Part shown: positions 1-15,300 of the stretch, one piece after another
Numbering within the stretch: position 1 is the stretch's first letter
Layout of the letters: every line of letters begins with the position of its first letter
Origin: Neoechinorhynchus agilis
Taxonomy: Eukaryota > Animalia > Acanthocephala
Reading direction: 5' to 3'
Length of the DNA stretch: 64,000 bases
Assembly: GCA_051530055.1 (NCBI GenBank)
Contig: CM121342.1
Location: forward strand, 14,337,480 to 14,401,479
Notes under the pieces: generated by a model
Told to the model about the DNA's origin: nothing
Seen by the model: only the letters and a program-made list of their open reading frames with translations
Database searches by the model: none
Program-made: the position numbers and the translations under genes

Positions 1-2956
1 GCAGTTGATTATAAAACGAGGACACATATTTTAAAGCAGTTAGTATTTGCCTTAAATAATTCCAAAAAGAGTTCAATTAAAATTTATGCAGTTGCATTCG
101 AATATTTCTAAAAAACAAAACCGTATTATACTGCGCCTCCAGCGTTCTGGATGCTGGTCGTGCCGCCACGGTCGTAACTCTGAAGGACGTAAGTAAGCCT
201 ATGATTTATTTAAAGCGATCAAATCAATTTCTAAGGGTTGTATTGAATGTATGAACGAACAAACAGCCTCAAACTCCGACGAAGATACCGATTCATCGTG
301 CACTCAGCAAGATTACGATTTCGAGTTAATCACTTTAGACAAAGTTGCTCGACGATACTCGATGTGTTCACAGCATGAAAATTCCGAAGTTGGCGGATTT
401 GCCCCAAAGTCAAGGACGGTGGATGCAGTGGGCTGGATTAAACTTTTGGGGAAACTAATGACACCAAACAAAATTGGAGCCGCTATTGTTCCCTTTTTGA
501 TTCTATTTTGGTGCGGATCACATACTTTTCGCATTCTGTCGGAATACTGGCTTTCTCGCTGGCTTTCGACTGAAAAGGAAAATGACACAAAACAGTTTAG
601 TGACAACGCGTATGAGACTTTCTATCTGGGTTCGCTTATTAAGAATCGATTTGTTCTTTATTTGTATTTATAGGTTACCTCTTCGGATTTGTAATCTGTG
701 CTGGTTCGGTTCTACTTATCATCACCGGCATGATTGGCTACGATACATTCTGTGCTCATTCAAAGAGCTTGGCAAAAGTGATGGGATCGTATTCGTTTAT
801 ATTCGAGAAAGTACTTCGAGGTTTGTTTTCTAGTATTCTGAGCGAAAAATCTGTTCTTTAAAAAGGTATAACGTTCAATCAATTGTCGTTCGATATCGGC
901 GTTATGCAAAATTTCGTACCCATTTCAATTTATGAGATGGGACAAGTTAAGTACAGCTTTAATTAAGAAAATTTGCGGGCCTTTGTTGCTTCGAATTGTG
1001 GAGACAAAAGATGAATCGTATTTTTTAAGTCCAAAAACCTCTTCTGTAGGTCCTTCAGGGATAAAAGCGCGAAACAACCAAACTGACCTCCTTTTGCCTC
1101 TTAATTCTTTAAATTTTAAGTGAATGCTAATAACACGTTTATTTGTTAGATAACAAAGTAAAGAACACATGTATGTTTGGGTCCACAAATATTTACTTCA
1201 CCTTCAGCAAATTTCAATTTTTGTTAAAGGACAAAGTTTCGTTTTAGGATAGTTCACAAATTTTCGCATTTATGATCTACACTTGCTGCATCTGTCCGTT
1301 ATCAGTCGCTTTCGTGCTACCTGCAATTTTTGCTATTTTGGTCTTAATATACCACCAAATAAATCTAACGGCCTCAGGATATCAAATGGAATCCGACAGT
1401 AAGACTTTACTTTTTAAAAATACAAAGCTCATTTTCGGTACATTCATCTTGTAGCTCGAACAAACATGTTAACACACTTGATAGCAACTCACCAAGGTCT
1501 CGTATCCATCCGAGCATCTAAAGCTAAAGATAAAATGATATCGGAGTTCGAGTACACAATTGGTTTGAGATTGCTTCGATAAATGGGGATACTTTTGATC
1601 TTATCGTATTAGATACAAATAATCAACTGCGATACACGCTTACTTTGCTCGATCGAATAGCTCAACTCACTGTGGATTTCGTTATTCTCTTAGTCATGCT
1701 GGTGACTACGAGTGTTTTCCTGTTCTTCTACAATGGTTAGCTAATTTCAATTAATAAAAATTCCGAGTAATGATAAATCGTAAAAGGAACAGCCGAGGTC
1801 GGACAATTGGCAGTGACATATACGCTCGTGGTCACTGAAGATGCTCGATTGTTTATTAAAGAGATCCAACTTAGTATTAATTACGTTCGTAAAGTATTGT
1901 TTTGAGAGGAAATAATGATCTCTATGATAAATAGTTACTGTCAGTCGCTAGAGTTTTCGATCTTTATGGTACTGTTCAAGAACCCAATGCCGGATCGCCG
2001 GATGATATCGAAGAATCTCCCTATGTTGATAACTCAATAAAATTCGTCAACGTCCGTTTCAAGTATTTTAAAGATCTTCCCATCGTTTTAAATGGCTTAG
2101 ATCTAACGATTAAGCCCAAATCCAAGGTTTTTATGCGTTTAAGTACTTTCTATAGATTTTCGGCACTTCGAACAAATAGGTTGCCATTGTTGGACCATCT
2201 GGAGCAGGAAAGAGCACCATATTTGGTGCAATATTTAGATTGGGGATTGTAGAAGGAAAGATTATTGTTGGCGGTGTTGACACTGAATCAATTAATCTCA
2301 CTCAACTAAGGCGCAGTATTTCACTTCTTCCACAGGTTGGATAGATTTTTCACAATATAAAACAAAATGACCATATTTTTAGGAAGCGGTATTGATGAAG
2401 ACGAGTATTCGGCTCAACTTGGATCCCTTTCAAACAAAGTCGGACACTGAAATTTGGGATGTCCTTCAGAAAGTACGTGCAATTCCTTGTTAGTCTAAAT
2501 TAACGCATAAATCTATAGGTAGGACTGGATAATCGAATTCGGCAATTAAGATTTCCCGATTCAAGGAACAAACTCGATTACGTGTGCGAAAACGAATCGG
2601 AATTCGGAATAAGTGAGCGACAGTTATTGTGGCTTGCAAAGATACTTCTAGAAAGAAAATCAATTGTTCTGATTGACGAGGCCAGTTCCAAAGTTGATCA
2701 GCAAACGCAGATCAAAATCAAAGAGACTATAAATAGTGAACTAAGGGAAAGTACGATTATCAGCATAATGCACAAGCTCGAAGATGCAATCAACAGCGAT
2801 GTAGTTATGCTTGTGAAAGGCGGACATTTGGTCGAAAGTGGAAAGCCATCAGAGTTGTTGGCGAACGAAAACTCGATCTTTTATCAAATGATGAAAACCG
2901 GTGGAAAATTTGTTGAGACTACAGAGATGGATCGCGCAGAATATATTGAGTTTTAG
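1..2956 (+). CDS. ABCC/MRP-family ABC transporter, 3' half (end of NBD1, TMD2, NBD2); multi-exon; gene starts upstream of window
   Basis: Frame 1 from base 1 reads AVDYKTRTHILKQL (NBD1 D-loop region). TMD2 motifs: EYWLSRW, GITFNQLSFDIG (cf. GRILNRFSKD), HLIATHQGLVSIRA. NBD2: Walker A GPSGAGKS (~2195-2215), LRRSISLLPQ, NLDPF, Walker B VLIDEASSKVD, H-loop IMHKL. Stop TAG at 2954-2956. Exons are joined by short GT-AG introns. Confidence 0.9.
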
Positions 2957-3339
2957 AAACGCGGAGAGGGCTAAAGAAATTCAGCGCGCGTACTATTTCC
3001 TATTTTGATCTCACAAAATATTTGCTACTGAGTGCACTAAAATAGTGTTTTAGAACGTCCCTATTTGAGCACCACACGCGATTAATCTACAATATCCTCT
3101 AACATAAACCCTTCTCTAACCTATCAAAAGAGAGCTAGATGATCCCCCATATTAAACAAAATTCGTGTTTGTGCGGTGGGAACTAATTCTACGCTCTTAA
3201 AAGATTTATGCATACTATAAAAGAACAGGAGAGATAACCATAGCATTCAACGCCGCTAACTGAAAGAAAATCCGAACATCTTCGATTCCGAAGAAATAGC
3301 TTCCTGCACAATGAGATAAAGCGTAGATTTCGAGTAGCA

Positions 3340-6300
3340 GGCCAGTATCGCCGTTAAATATAGCTCACTTTATCTTAGAAAGGAGAATGTAACGCATTGA
3401 CATCTTTGTGATCCGCTACTAGAAATACGTATCTGAGATTTGAGAACGCGCGAAGATAATGACAGCGCATTGCTTCATTTTAGATAGGAAAATATAACAC
3501 GTGGTGATCTTTTAATTTAAATTCGAATCTAAGGTGTGAGAATGCACGCTGGTAATCTGTGACAGCGCATTGCTATATTTTAGAAAGGAGAATATAACAC
3601 ATGGACATCTTCGTGATCTTTTAATTTAAATTCGAATCTAAGGTGTGAGAATGCACGCTGGTAATCTGTGACAGCGCATTGCTTTATTTTAGAAAGGAGA
3701 ATATGGAACACATGGAAATCGAATCTAAGGTTGAGAATCTTTTAATTTAAATTCGAATCTAAGGTGTGAGAATGCACGCTGGTAATCTGTGACAGCGCAT
3801 TGCTTTATTTTAGAAAGGAGAATATAACACATGGACATCTTCGTGATCTTTTAATTTAAATTCGAATCTAAGGTGTGAGAATGCACGCTGGTAATCTGTG
3901 ACAGCGCATTGCTATATTTTAGAAAGGAGAATATATTTTAGAAAGTGAGAATATAACACATGGATATCTTCGTTGATCTTTTAATTTAAATTCGAATCTA
4001 AGGTGTGAGAATGCACGCTGGTAATCTGTGACAGCTAAGGTGTGAGAATGCACGCATTGCTATATTTTAGAAAGGAGAATATAACACATGGACATCTTCG
4101 TGATCTTTTAATTTAAATTCGAATCTAAGGTGTGAGAATGCACGCTGGTAATCTGTGACAGCGCATTGCTTTATTTTAGAAAGGAGAATATAACACATTT
4201 AAATTCGTTCTAAGGTGATCACGCTTAATTTAAATTCGAATCTAAGGTGTGAAATTCGAATCGCTGTGTAATCACGTGACAGCGCATTGCTATATTTTAG
4301 AAAGGAGAATATAACACATGGACATCTTCGTGATCTTTTAATTTAAATTCGAATCTAAGGTGTGAGAATGCACGCTGGTAATCTGTGACAGCGCATTGCT
4401 TTATTTTAGAAAGGAGAATATAACACATGGACATCTTCGTGATCTTTTAATTTAAATTCGAATCTAAGGTGTGAGAATGCACGCTGGTAATCTGTGACAG
4501 CGCATTGCTATATTTTAGAAAGGAGAATATAACACATGGATATCGTTGTTATCTTTTAATTTAAATTCGAATCTAAGGTGTGAGAATTGCTGGTAATCTG
4601 TGCACGCTGGTAATCTGTGACAGCGCATTGCTATATTTTAGAAAGGAGAATATAACACATGGATTCGAATCTTCGTGATCTTTTAATTTAAATTCGAATC
4701 TAAGGTGGTAATCTGTGAGAGCGCACTTTATTTTAGAAAGGAGAATATAACACATGGATATGGTAATCTTTTAATTTAAATTCGAATCTAAGGTGAGAAG
4801 CGCTGGTAATCTGTGACAGCGCATTGCTATATTTTAGAAAGGAGAATATAACACATGGACATCTTCGTGATCTTTTAATTTAAATTCGAATCTAAGGTGT
4901 GAGAATGCACGCTGGTAATCTGTGACAGCGCATTGCTTTATTTTAGAAAGGAGAATATAACACATGGATATCTTCGTGATCTTTTAATTTAAATTCGAAT
5001 CTAAGGTGTGAGAATGCACGCTGGTAATCTGTGACAGCGCATTGCTTTATTTTAGAAAGGAGAATATAACACATGGACATCTTGTGATCTTTTAATTTAA
5101 ATTCGAATCTAAGGTGTGAGAATGCACGCTGGTAATCTGTGACAGCGCATTGCTATATTTTAGAAAGGAGAATATAACACATGGATATCGTTGTTATCTT
5201 TTAATTTAAATTCGAATCTAAGGTGTGAGAATGCACGCTGGTAATCTGTGACAGCGCATTGCTATATTTTAGCTGGTAAAAGGAGAATATAACACATGGA
5301 CATCTTCGTGATCTTTTAATTTAAATTCGAATCTAAGGTGTGAGAATGCACGCTGGTAATCTGTGACAGCGCATTGCTATATTTTAGAAAGGAGAATATA
5401 ACACATGGACATCTTCGTGATCTTTTAATTTAAATTCGAATCTAAGGTGTGAGAATGCACGCTGGTAATCTGTGACAGCGCATTGCTATATTTTAGAAAG
5501 GAGAATATAACACATGGACATCTTCGTGATCTTTTAATTTAAATTCGAATCTAAGGTGTGAGAATGCACGCTGGTAATCTGTGACAGCGCATTGCTATAT
5601 TTTAGAAAGGAGAATATAACACATGGACATCTTCGTGATCTTTTAATTTAAATTCGAATCTAAGGTGTGAGAACGCGCGCATTAAATCAGTGACAGCGCA
5701 TTGCTATATTTTAGAAAGGAGAATATAACACATGGATATCGTTGTTATCTTTTAATTTAAATTCGAATCTAAGGTGTGAGAATGCACGCTGGTAATCTGT
5801 GACAGCGCATTGCTATATTTTAGAAAGGAGAATATAACACATGGACATCTTCGTGATGTTTTAATTTAAATTCGAATCTAAGGTGTGGGAATGCACGCTG
5901 GTAATCTGTGACAGCGCATTGCTTTATTTTAGAAAGGAGAATATAACACATGAACATCTTCGTGATGTTTTAATTTAAATTCGAATCTAAGGTGTGGGAA
6001 TGCACGCTGTGTCTAGTGACAGCGCATTGCTTTATTTTAGAAAGAAGAATACACATGGATATCGTTGTTAACTTTTAATTTAAATTCGAATCTAAGGTGT
6101 GAGAATGCACGCCTGTAATCTGTGACAGCGCATTGCTATATTTTGGAAACGAGAATATAACACATGGACATCTTCGTGATCTTTTAATTTAAATTCGAAT
6201 CTAAGGTGTGAGAATGCGCTGGTAATCTGTGACAGCGCATTATATATTTTAGAAAATAGAATATAACACATCGACATCTTCGTGATGTTTTAATTTAAAT

Positions 6301-9300
6301 TCGAATCTAAGGTGTGAGAATGCACGCTGGTAATCTGTGACAGCGCATTGCTTTATTTTAGAAAGGAGAATATAACACACTGATATCGTTGTTATCTTTT
6401 AATTTAAATTCGAATCTAAGGTGTGAGAATGCACGCTGGTAATCTGTGACAGCGCATTGCTTTATTTGAGAAAGGAGAATATAACACATGGATATCGTTG
6501 TTATCTTTTAATTTAAATTCGAATCTAAGGTGTGAGAATGCGCGCTGGTAATCTGTGACAGCGCATTGCTTTATTTTAGAAACGAGAATATAACACATGG
6601 ACATCTTCGTGATCTTTTAATTTAAATTCGAATCTAAGGTGTGAGAATGCACGCTGGTAATCTGTCACAGCGCATTGCTATATTTTAGAAAATAGAATAT
6701 AACACATCGACATCTTCGTGATCTTTTAATTTAAATTCGAATCTAAGGTGTGAGAATGCACGCTGGTAATCTGTGACAGCGCATTGCTTTATTTTAGAAA
6801 GGAGAATATAAAACATGGATATCGTTGTTATCTTTTAATTTAAATTCGAATCTAAGGTGTGAGAATGCACGCTGGTAATCTGTGACAGCGCATTGGTTTA
6901 TTTGAGAAAGGAGAATATAACACACGGATATCGTTGTTATCTTTTAATTTAAATTCGAATCTAAGGTGTGAGAATGACGCTGGTAATCTGTGACAGCGCA
7001 TTGGTTTATTTGGGAAAGGAGAATATAACACATGGATATCGTTGTTATCTTAAAATTTAAATTCGAATCTAAGGTGTGAGAATGCACGCTGGTAATCTGT
7101 GACAGCGCATTGGTTTATTTGAGAAAGGAGAATATAACACATGGATATCGTTGTTATCTTTTAATTTAAATTCGAATCTAAGGTGTGGGAATGACGCTGG
7201 TAATCTGTGACAGCGCATTGGTTTATTTGGGAAAGGAGAATATAACACATGGATATCGTTGTTATCTTAAAATTTAAATTCGAATCTAAGGTGTGAGAAT
7301 GCACGCCAGTAATCTGTGACAGCGCATTGCTTTATTTTAGAAAGGAGAATATAACACGTGGACATCTTCGTGATCTTTTAATTTAAATTCGAATCTAAGG
7401 TGTGATAACGCGCGCTGGTAATCAGTGACAGCGCATTGCTATATTTTAGAAAGGAGAAGATAACACATGGACATCTTCGTGATCTTTTAATTTAAATTCG
7501 AATCTAAGGTGTGAGAATGCACGCTGGTAATCCGTGAGAGCGCATTGCTTTATTTTAGAAAGGAGAATATAACACATGGATATCGTTGTTATCTTTTAAT
7601 TTAAATTCGAATCTAAGGTGTGAGAACGCGCGCAGGTAATCTGTGACAGCGCATTGCTTTATTTTAGAAAGGAGAATATAACACGTGGACATCTTCGTGA
7701 TCTTTTAATTTAAATTCGAATCTAAGGTGTGATAACGCGCGCTGGTAATCAGTGACAGCGCATTGCTATATTTTAGAAAGGAGAAGATAACACATGGATA
7801 TCGTTGTTATCTTTTAATTTAAATTCGAATCTAAGGTGTGAGAACGCGCGCAGGTAATCAGTGACAGCGCATTGCTATATTTTAGAAAGGAGAATATAAC
7901 ACAGTGACATCTTCGTGATCTTTTAATTTAAATTCGAATCTAAGGACTGAGAATGCACGCTGGTAATCTGTGACACCGCATTGGTTTATTGTAGAAAGGA
8001 GAATATAACACATGGATATCGTTGTTATCTTTTAATTTAAATTCGAATCTAAGGTGTGAGAACGCGCGCTGGTAATCTGTGGCAGCGCATTGCTATATTT
8101 TAGAAAGGAGAATATAACACATGGACATCTTCGTGATCTTTTAATTTAAATTCGAATCTAAGGTGTGAGAATGCACGCTGGTAATCTGTGACAGCGCATT
8201 GCTTTATTTGAGAAAGGAGAATATAACACATGGCCATCTTCGTGGTCTTTTAATTTAAATTCGAATCTAAGGTGTGAGAATGCACGCTCGTAATCCGTGA
8301 GAGCGCATTGCTTTATTTTAGAAAGGAGAATATAACACATGGACATCTTCGTGATCTTTTAATTTAAATTCGAATCTAAGGTGTGAGAACGCGCGCAGGT
8401 AATCAGTGACAGCGCATTGCTATATTTTAGAAAGGAGAATATAAATCATGGACATCTTTCGTGATCTTTTAATTTAGATTTCGAATCTAAGGTGTGAGAA
8501 TGCACGCTGGTAATCTGTGACAGCGCATTGCTATATTTAGAAAGGAGAATATAACACATGGACATCTTCGTGATCTTTTAATTTAAATTCGAATCTAAGG
8601 TGTGAGAATGCACGCTGGTAATCTGTGACAGCGCATTGCTTTATTTTAGAAAATAGAATATAACACATCGACATCTTCGTGATGTTTTAATTTAAATTCG
8701 AATCTAAGGTGTGAGAATGCACGCTGGTAATCTGTGACAGCGCATTGCTTTATTTTAGAAAGGAGAATATAACACATGGATATCGTTGTTATCTTTTGAT
8801 TTAAATTCGAATCTAAGGTGTGAGAATGCACGCTGGTAATCTGTGACAGCGCATTGCTTTATTTTAGAAACGAGAATATAACACATGGACATCTTCGTGA
8901 TCTTTTAATTTAAATTCGAATCTAAGGTGTGAGAATGCACGCTGGTAATCTGTGATAGCGCATTGCTATATTTTAGAAAATAGAATATAACACATCGACA
9001 TCTTCGTGATGTTTTAATTTAAATTCGAATCTAAGGTGTGAGAATGCACGCTGGTAATCTGTGACAGCGCATTGCTATATTTTAGAAAATAGAATATAAC
9101 ACATCGACATCTTCGTGATGTTTTAATTTAAATTCGAATCTAAGGTGTGAGAATGCACGCTGGTAATCTGTGACAGCGCATTGCTATATTTTAGAAAGGA
9201 GAATATAACACATTGATATCGTTGTTATCTTAAAATTTAAATTCGAATCTAAGGTGTGAGAACGCGCGCAGGTAATCTGTGACAGCGCATTGCTATATTT

Positions 9301-12300
9301 TAGAAAGGAGAATATAACACGTGGACATCTTCGTGATCTTTTAATTTAAATTCGAATCTAAGGTGTGAGAATGCACGCTGGTAATCTGTGACAGCGCATT
9401 GGTTTATTTGAGAAAGGAGAATATAACACATGGATATCGTTGTTATCTTTTAATTTAAATTCGAATCTAAGGTGTGAGAACGCGCGCAGGTGATCAGTGA
9501 CAGCGCATTGCTATATTTTAGAAAGGAGAATATAACACGTGGACATCTTCGTGACCTTTTAATTTAAATTCGAGTCTAAGGTGTGAGAATGCACGCTGGT
9601 AATCTGTGACAGCGCATTGGTTTATTTGAGAAAGAGAATATAACACATGGACATCTTCGTGACCTTTTAATTTAAATTCGAATCTAAGGTGTGAGAATGC
9701 ACGCTGGTAATCTGTGACAGCGCATTGGTTTATTTGAGAAAGAAGAATATAACACATTGATATCGTTGTTATCTTTTAATTTAAATTCGAATCTAAGGTG
9801 TGAGAATGCACGCTGGTAATCTGTAGCAGCGCATTGCTATATTTTAGAAAGGAAAATATAACACATGGATATCGTTGTTATCTTTTAATTTAAATTCGAA
9901 TCTAAGGTGTGAAATGCACGCTGGTAATCTGTGACAGCGCGTTTGTTTATTTGAGAAAGGAGAATATAACACATGGATATCGTTGTTATCTTTTAATTTA
10001 AATTCGAATCTAAGGTGTGAGAATGCACGCTGGTAATCTGTGACAGCGCATTGGTTTATTTGAGAAAGGAGAATATAACACATGGACATCTTCGTGATCT
10101 TTTAATTTAAATTCGAATCTAAGGTGTGAGAATGCACGCTGGTAATCTGTGACAGCGCATTGCTATATTTTAGAAAGGAGAATATAACACATGGATATCG
10201 TTGTTATCTTTTAATTTAAATTCGAATTTAAGGTGTGAGAATGCACGCTGGTAATCTGTGACAGCGCATTGCTATATTTTAGAAAGGAGAATATAACACA
10301 TGGACATCTTCGTGATCTTTTAATTTAAATTCGAATCTAAGGACTGAGAATGCACGCTGGTAATCTGTGACAGCGCATTGGTTTATTTGAGAAAGGAGAA
10401 TATAACACATGGATATCCTTGTTATCTTTTAATTTAAATTCGAATCTAAGGTGTGAGAACGCGCGCATTAAATCAGTGACAGCGCATTGCTATATTTTAG
10501 AAAGGAGAATATAACACATGGATATCGTTGTTATCTTTTAATTTAAATTCGAATCTAAGGTGTGAGAATGCGCTGGTAATCTGTGACAGCGCATTGCTAT
10601 ATTTTAGAAAGAGGAATACCAACACATGGACATCTTCGTGATCTTTTAATTTAAATTCGAATCTAAGGTGTGAGAATGCACGCTGGTAATCTGTGACAGC
10701 GCATTGCTATATTTTAGAAACGAGAATATAACACATGGACATCTTCGTGATCTTTTAATTTAAATTCGAATCTAAGGTGTGAGAATGCACGCTGGTAATC
10801 TGTGACAGCGCATTGGTTTATTTTAGAAAGGAGAATATAACACATGGACATCTTCGTGATCTTTTAATTTAAATTCGAATCTAAGGTGTGAGAATGCACG
10901 CTCGATATCCGTGAGAGAGCATTGCTGTATTTTAGAAAGGAGAATATAACACATGGATATCGTTGTTATCTTTTAATTTAAATTCGAATCTAAGGTGTGA
11001 GAATGCACGCTGGTAATCTGTGACAGCGCATTGCTATATTTTAGAAAGGAGAATATAACACATGGATATCGTTGTTATCTTTTAATTTAAATTCGAATCT
11101 AAGGTGTTAGAATGCACGCTGGTAATCTGTGACAGCGCGTTTATTTATTTGAGAAAGGAGAATATAACACATGGATATCGTTGTTATCTTTTAATTTAAA
11201 TTCGAATCTAAGGTGTTAGAATGCACGCTGGTAATCTGTGACAGCGCGTTTGTTTATTTGAGAAAGGAGAATATAACACATGGATATCGTTGTTATCTTT
11301 TAATTTAAATTCGAATCTAAGGTGTGAGAATGCACGCTGGTAATCTGTGACAGCGCATTGCTATATTTTAGAAACGAGAATATAACACATGGACATCTTC
11401 GTGATCTTTTTATTTAAATTCGAATCTAAGGTGTGAGAATGCACGCTGGTAATCTGTGACAGCGCATTGGTTTATTTGAGAAAGGAGAATATAACACATG
11501 GACATCTTCGTGATCTTTTAATTTAAATTCGAATCTAAGGTGTGAGAATGCACGCTGGTAATCTGTGACTGCGCATTGGTTTATTTGAGAAAGGAGAATA
11601 TAACACATGGACATCTTCGTGATGTTTTAATTTAAATTCGAATCTAACGTGTGAGAATGCGCGCTGGTAATCTGCGACAGCGCATTGCTATATTTTAGAA
11701 AATAGAATATAACACATCGACATCTTCGTGATGTTTTAATTTAAATTCGAATCTAAGGTGTGAGAATGCACGCTGGTAATCTGTGACAGCGCGTTGCTTT
11801 ATTTTAGAAAGGAGAATATAACACATGGATATCGTTGTTATCTTTTAATTTAAATTCGAATCTAAGGTGTGAGAATGCGCGCTGAAAGTAATCTGTGACA
11901 GCATTGCTATATATTAGAAAATAGAATATAACACATCGACATCTTCGTGATGTTTTAATTTAAATTCGAATCTAAAAGGTGAGAATGCGCTGTCAATGTG
12001 ACAGCGCATTGGTTTATTTGGGAAAGGAGAATATAACACATGGATATCGTTGTTATCTTAAAATTTAAATTCAAAATCTAAGGTGTAGAACGCGCGCAGG
12101 TAATCAGTGACAGCGCATTGCTATATTTTAGAAAGGAGAATATAACACGTGGACATCTTCGTGATCTTTTAATTTAAATTCGAATCTAGGGTGTGAGAAT
12201 GCACGCTGGTAATCTGTGGCAGCGCATTGGTTTATTTGAGAAAGGAGAATATAACACATCGACATCTTCGTGATGTTTTAATTAAAATTCGAATCTAAGG

Positions 12301-15300
12301 TGTGAGAATGCACGCTGGTAATCTGTGACAGCGCATTGCTTTATTTTAGAAAGGAGAATATAACACATGGACATCTTCGTGATCTTTTAATTTAAATTCG
12401 AATCTAAGGTGTGAGAATGCACGCTCGTAATCTGTGACAGCGCATTGCTATATTTTAGAAAGGAGAATATAACACATTGATATCGTTGTTATCTTTTTAT
12501 TTAAATTCGAATCTAAGGTGTGAGAATGCACGCTTGTAATCTGTGACAGCGCATTGCTATATTTTAGAAAGGAGAATATAATACATGGATATCGTTGTTA
12601 TCTTTTAATTTAAATTCGAATCTAAGGTGTGAGAATGCACGCTGGTAATCTGTGACAGCGCGTTTGTTTATTTGAGAAAGGAGAATATAACACATGGATA
12701 TCGTTGTTATCTTTTGATTTAAATTCGAATCTAAGGTGTGAGAATTCGCGCTGGTAATCTGTGACAGCGCATTGCTATATTTTAAAAAGTAGAATATAAC
12801 ACATCGACATCTTCGTGAACTTTTAATTTAAATTCGAATCTAAGGTGTGAGAATGCACGCTGGTAATCTGTGACTGCGCATTGGTTTATTTGAGAAAGGA
12901 GAATATAACACATGGACATCTTCGTGATGTTTTAATTTAAATTCGAATCTAACGTGTGAGAATGCGCGCTGGTAATCTGTGACAGCGCATTGCTATATTT
13001 TTAGAAACGAGAATATAACACATGGACATCTTCGTGATCTTTTAATTTAAATTCGAATCTAAGGTGTGAGAATGCACGCTGGTAATCTGTGACAGCGCGT
13101 TGCTTTATTTTAGAAAGGAGAATATAACACATGGATATCGTTGTTATCTTTTAATTTAAATTCGAATCTAAGGTGTGAGAATGCGCGCTGGTAATCTGTG
13201 ACAGCGCATTGCTATATTTTAGAAAATAGAATATAACACATCGACATCTTCGAGATGTTTTAATTTAAATTCGAATCTAAGGTGTGAGAATGCACGCTGG
13301 TAATCTGTGACAGCGCATGGCTTTATTTTAGAAAGGAGAATATAACACATGGATATCGTTGTTATCTTTTAATTTAAATTCGAATCTAAGGTGTGAGAAT
13401 GCACGCTGGTAATCTGTGACAGCGCATTGGTTTATTTGTGAAAGGAGAATATAACACATGGATATCGTTGTTATCTTAAAATTTAAATTCAAATCTAAGG
13501 TGTGAGAACGCGCGCAGGTAATCAGTGACAGCGCATTGCTATATTTTAGAAAGGAGAATATAACACATGGACACCTTCGTGATCTTTTAATTTAAATTCG
13601 AATCTAAGGTGTGAGAATGCACGCTGGTAATCTGTGACAGCGCATTGGTTTATTTGTGAAAGGAGAATATAACACATGGATATCGTTGTTATCTTTTAAT
13701 TTAAATTCGAATCTAAGGTGTGAGAATGCACGCTGGTAATCTGTGACAGCGCATTGCTTTATTTTAGAAAGGAGAATATAACACATGAATATCGTTATTA
13801 TCTTAATTTAAATTCGAATCTAAGGACTGAGAATGCACGCTGGTAATCTGTGACAGCGCATTGGTTTATTTGAGAAAGGAGAATATAACACATGGACATC
13901 TTCGTGATCTTTTAATTTAAATTCGAATCTAAGGTGTGGGAATGCACGCTCGTAATCCGTGAGAGCGCATTGCTTTATTTTAGAAAGGAGAATATAACGC
14001 ATGGATATCGTTGTTATCTTTTAATTTAAATTCGAATCTAAGGTGTGAGAATGCACGCTGGTAATCTGTGACAGCGCGTTGGTTTATTTGAGAAAGGAGA
14101 ATATAACACATGGATATCGTTGTTATCTTTTAATTTAAATTCGAATCTAAGGTGTGAGAATGCACGCTGGTAATCTGTGACAGCGCGTTGGTTTATTTGA
14201 GAAAGGAGAATATAACACATGGATATCGTTGTTATCTTTTAATTTAAATTCGAATCTAAGGTGTGAGAATGCACGGTGGTAATCTGTGACAGCGCATTGC
14301 TATATTTTAGAAAGGAGAATATAACACATGGACATCTTCGTGATCTTTTAATTTTAATTCGAATCTAAGGTGTGAGAATGCACGCTCGTAATCCGTGAGA
14401 GCGCATTGCTATATTTTAGAAAGGAGAATATAACACATGGATATCGTTGTTATCTTTTAATTTAAATTCGAATCTAAGGTGTGAGAATGCACGCTGGTAA
14501 TCTGTGACAGCGCATTGGTTTATTTGGGAAAGGAGAATATAACACATGGATATCGTCGTTATCTTTTAATTTAAATTCGAATCTAAGCTGTGAGAATGCA
14601 CGCTGGTAATCTGTGACAGCGCATTGCTATATTTTAGAAAGGAGAATATAACACATGGACATCTTCGTGATCTTTTAATTAAAATTCGAATCTAAAGTGT
14701 GAGAATGCACGCTCGTAATCCGTGAGAGCGCATTGCTATATTTTAGAAAGAATATAACACATGGACATCTTCGTAGTCTTTTAATTTAAATTCGAATCTA
14801 AGGTGTGAGAATGCACGCTGGTAGTCTGTGACGGCGCATTGCTATATTTTAGAAAGAAAAAGGAGAATATAACACATGGATATCGTTGTTATCTTTTAAT
14901 TTAAATTCGAATCTAAGGTGTGAGAATGCACGCTGGTAATCTGTGACAGCGCGTTGGACGTTTATTGAGAAAGGAGAATATAACACATGGACATCTTCGT
15001 GATCTTTTAATTTAAATTCGAATCTAAGGTGTGAGAATGCACATGCAATACTGTGACAGCGCGTTGGTTTATTTGAGAAAGGAGAATATAACACATGGAT
15101 ATCGTTGTTATCTTTTAATTTAAATTCGAATCTAAGGTGTGAGAATGCACGCTGGTAATCTGTGACAGCGCATTGGTTTATTTGAGAAAGGAGAATATAA
15201 CACATGGACATCTTCGTGATCTTTTAATTTAAATTCGAATCTAAGGTGTGAGAATGCACGCTGGTAATCTGTGACAGCGCGTTGGTTTATTTGAGAAAGG

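Noticed and set aside
3700-4800. Scrambled or truncated satellite monomers as a distinct subfamily
   Set aside because: Irregular short indels and chimeric joins look like consensus errors in a repetitive region; this cannot be separated from biology without reads.
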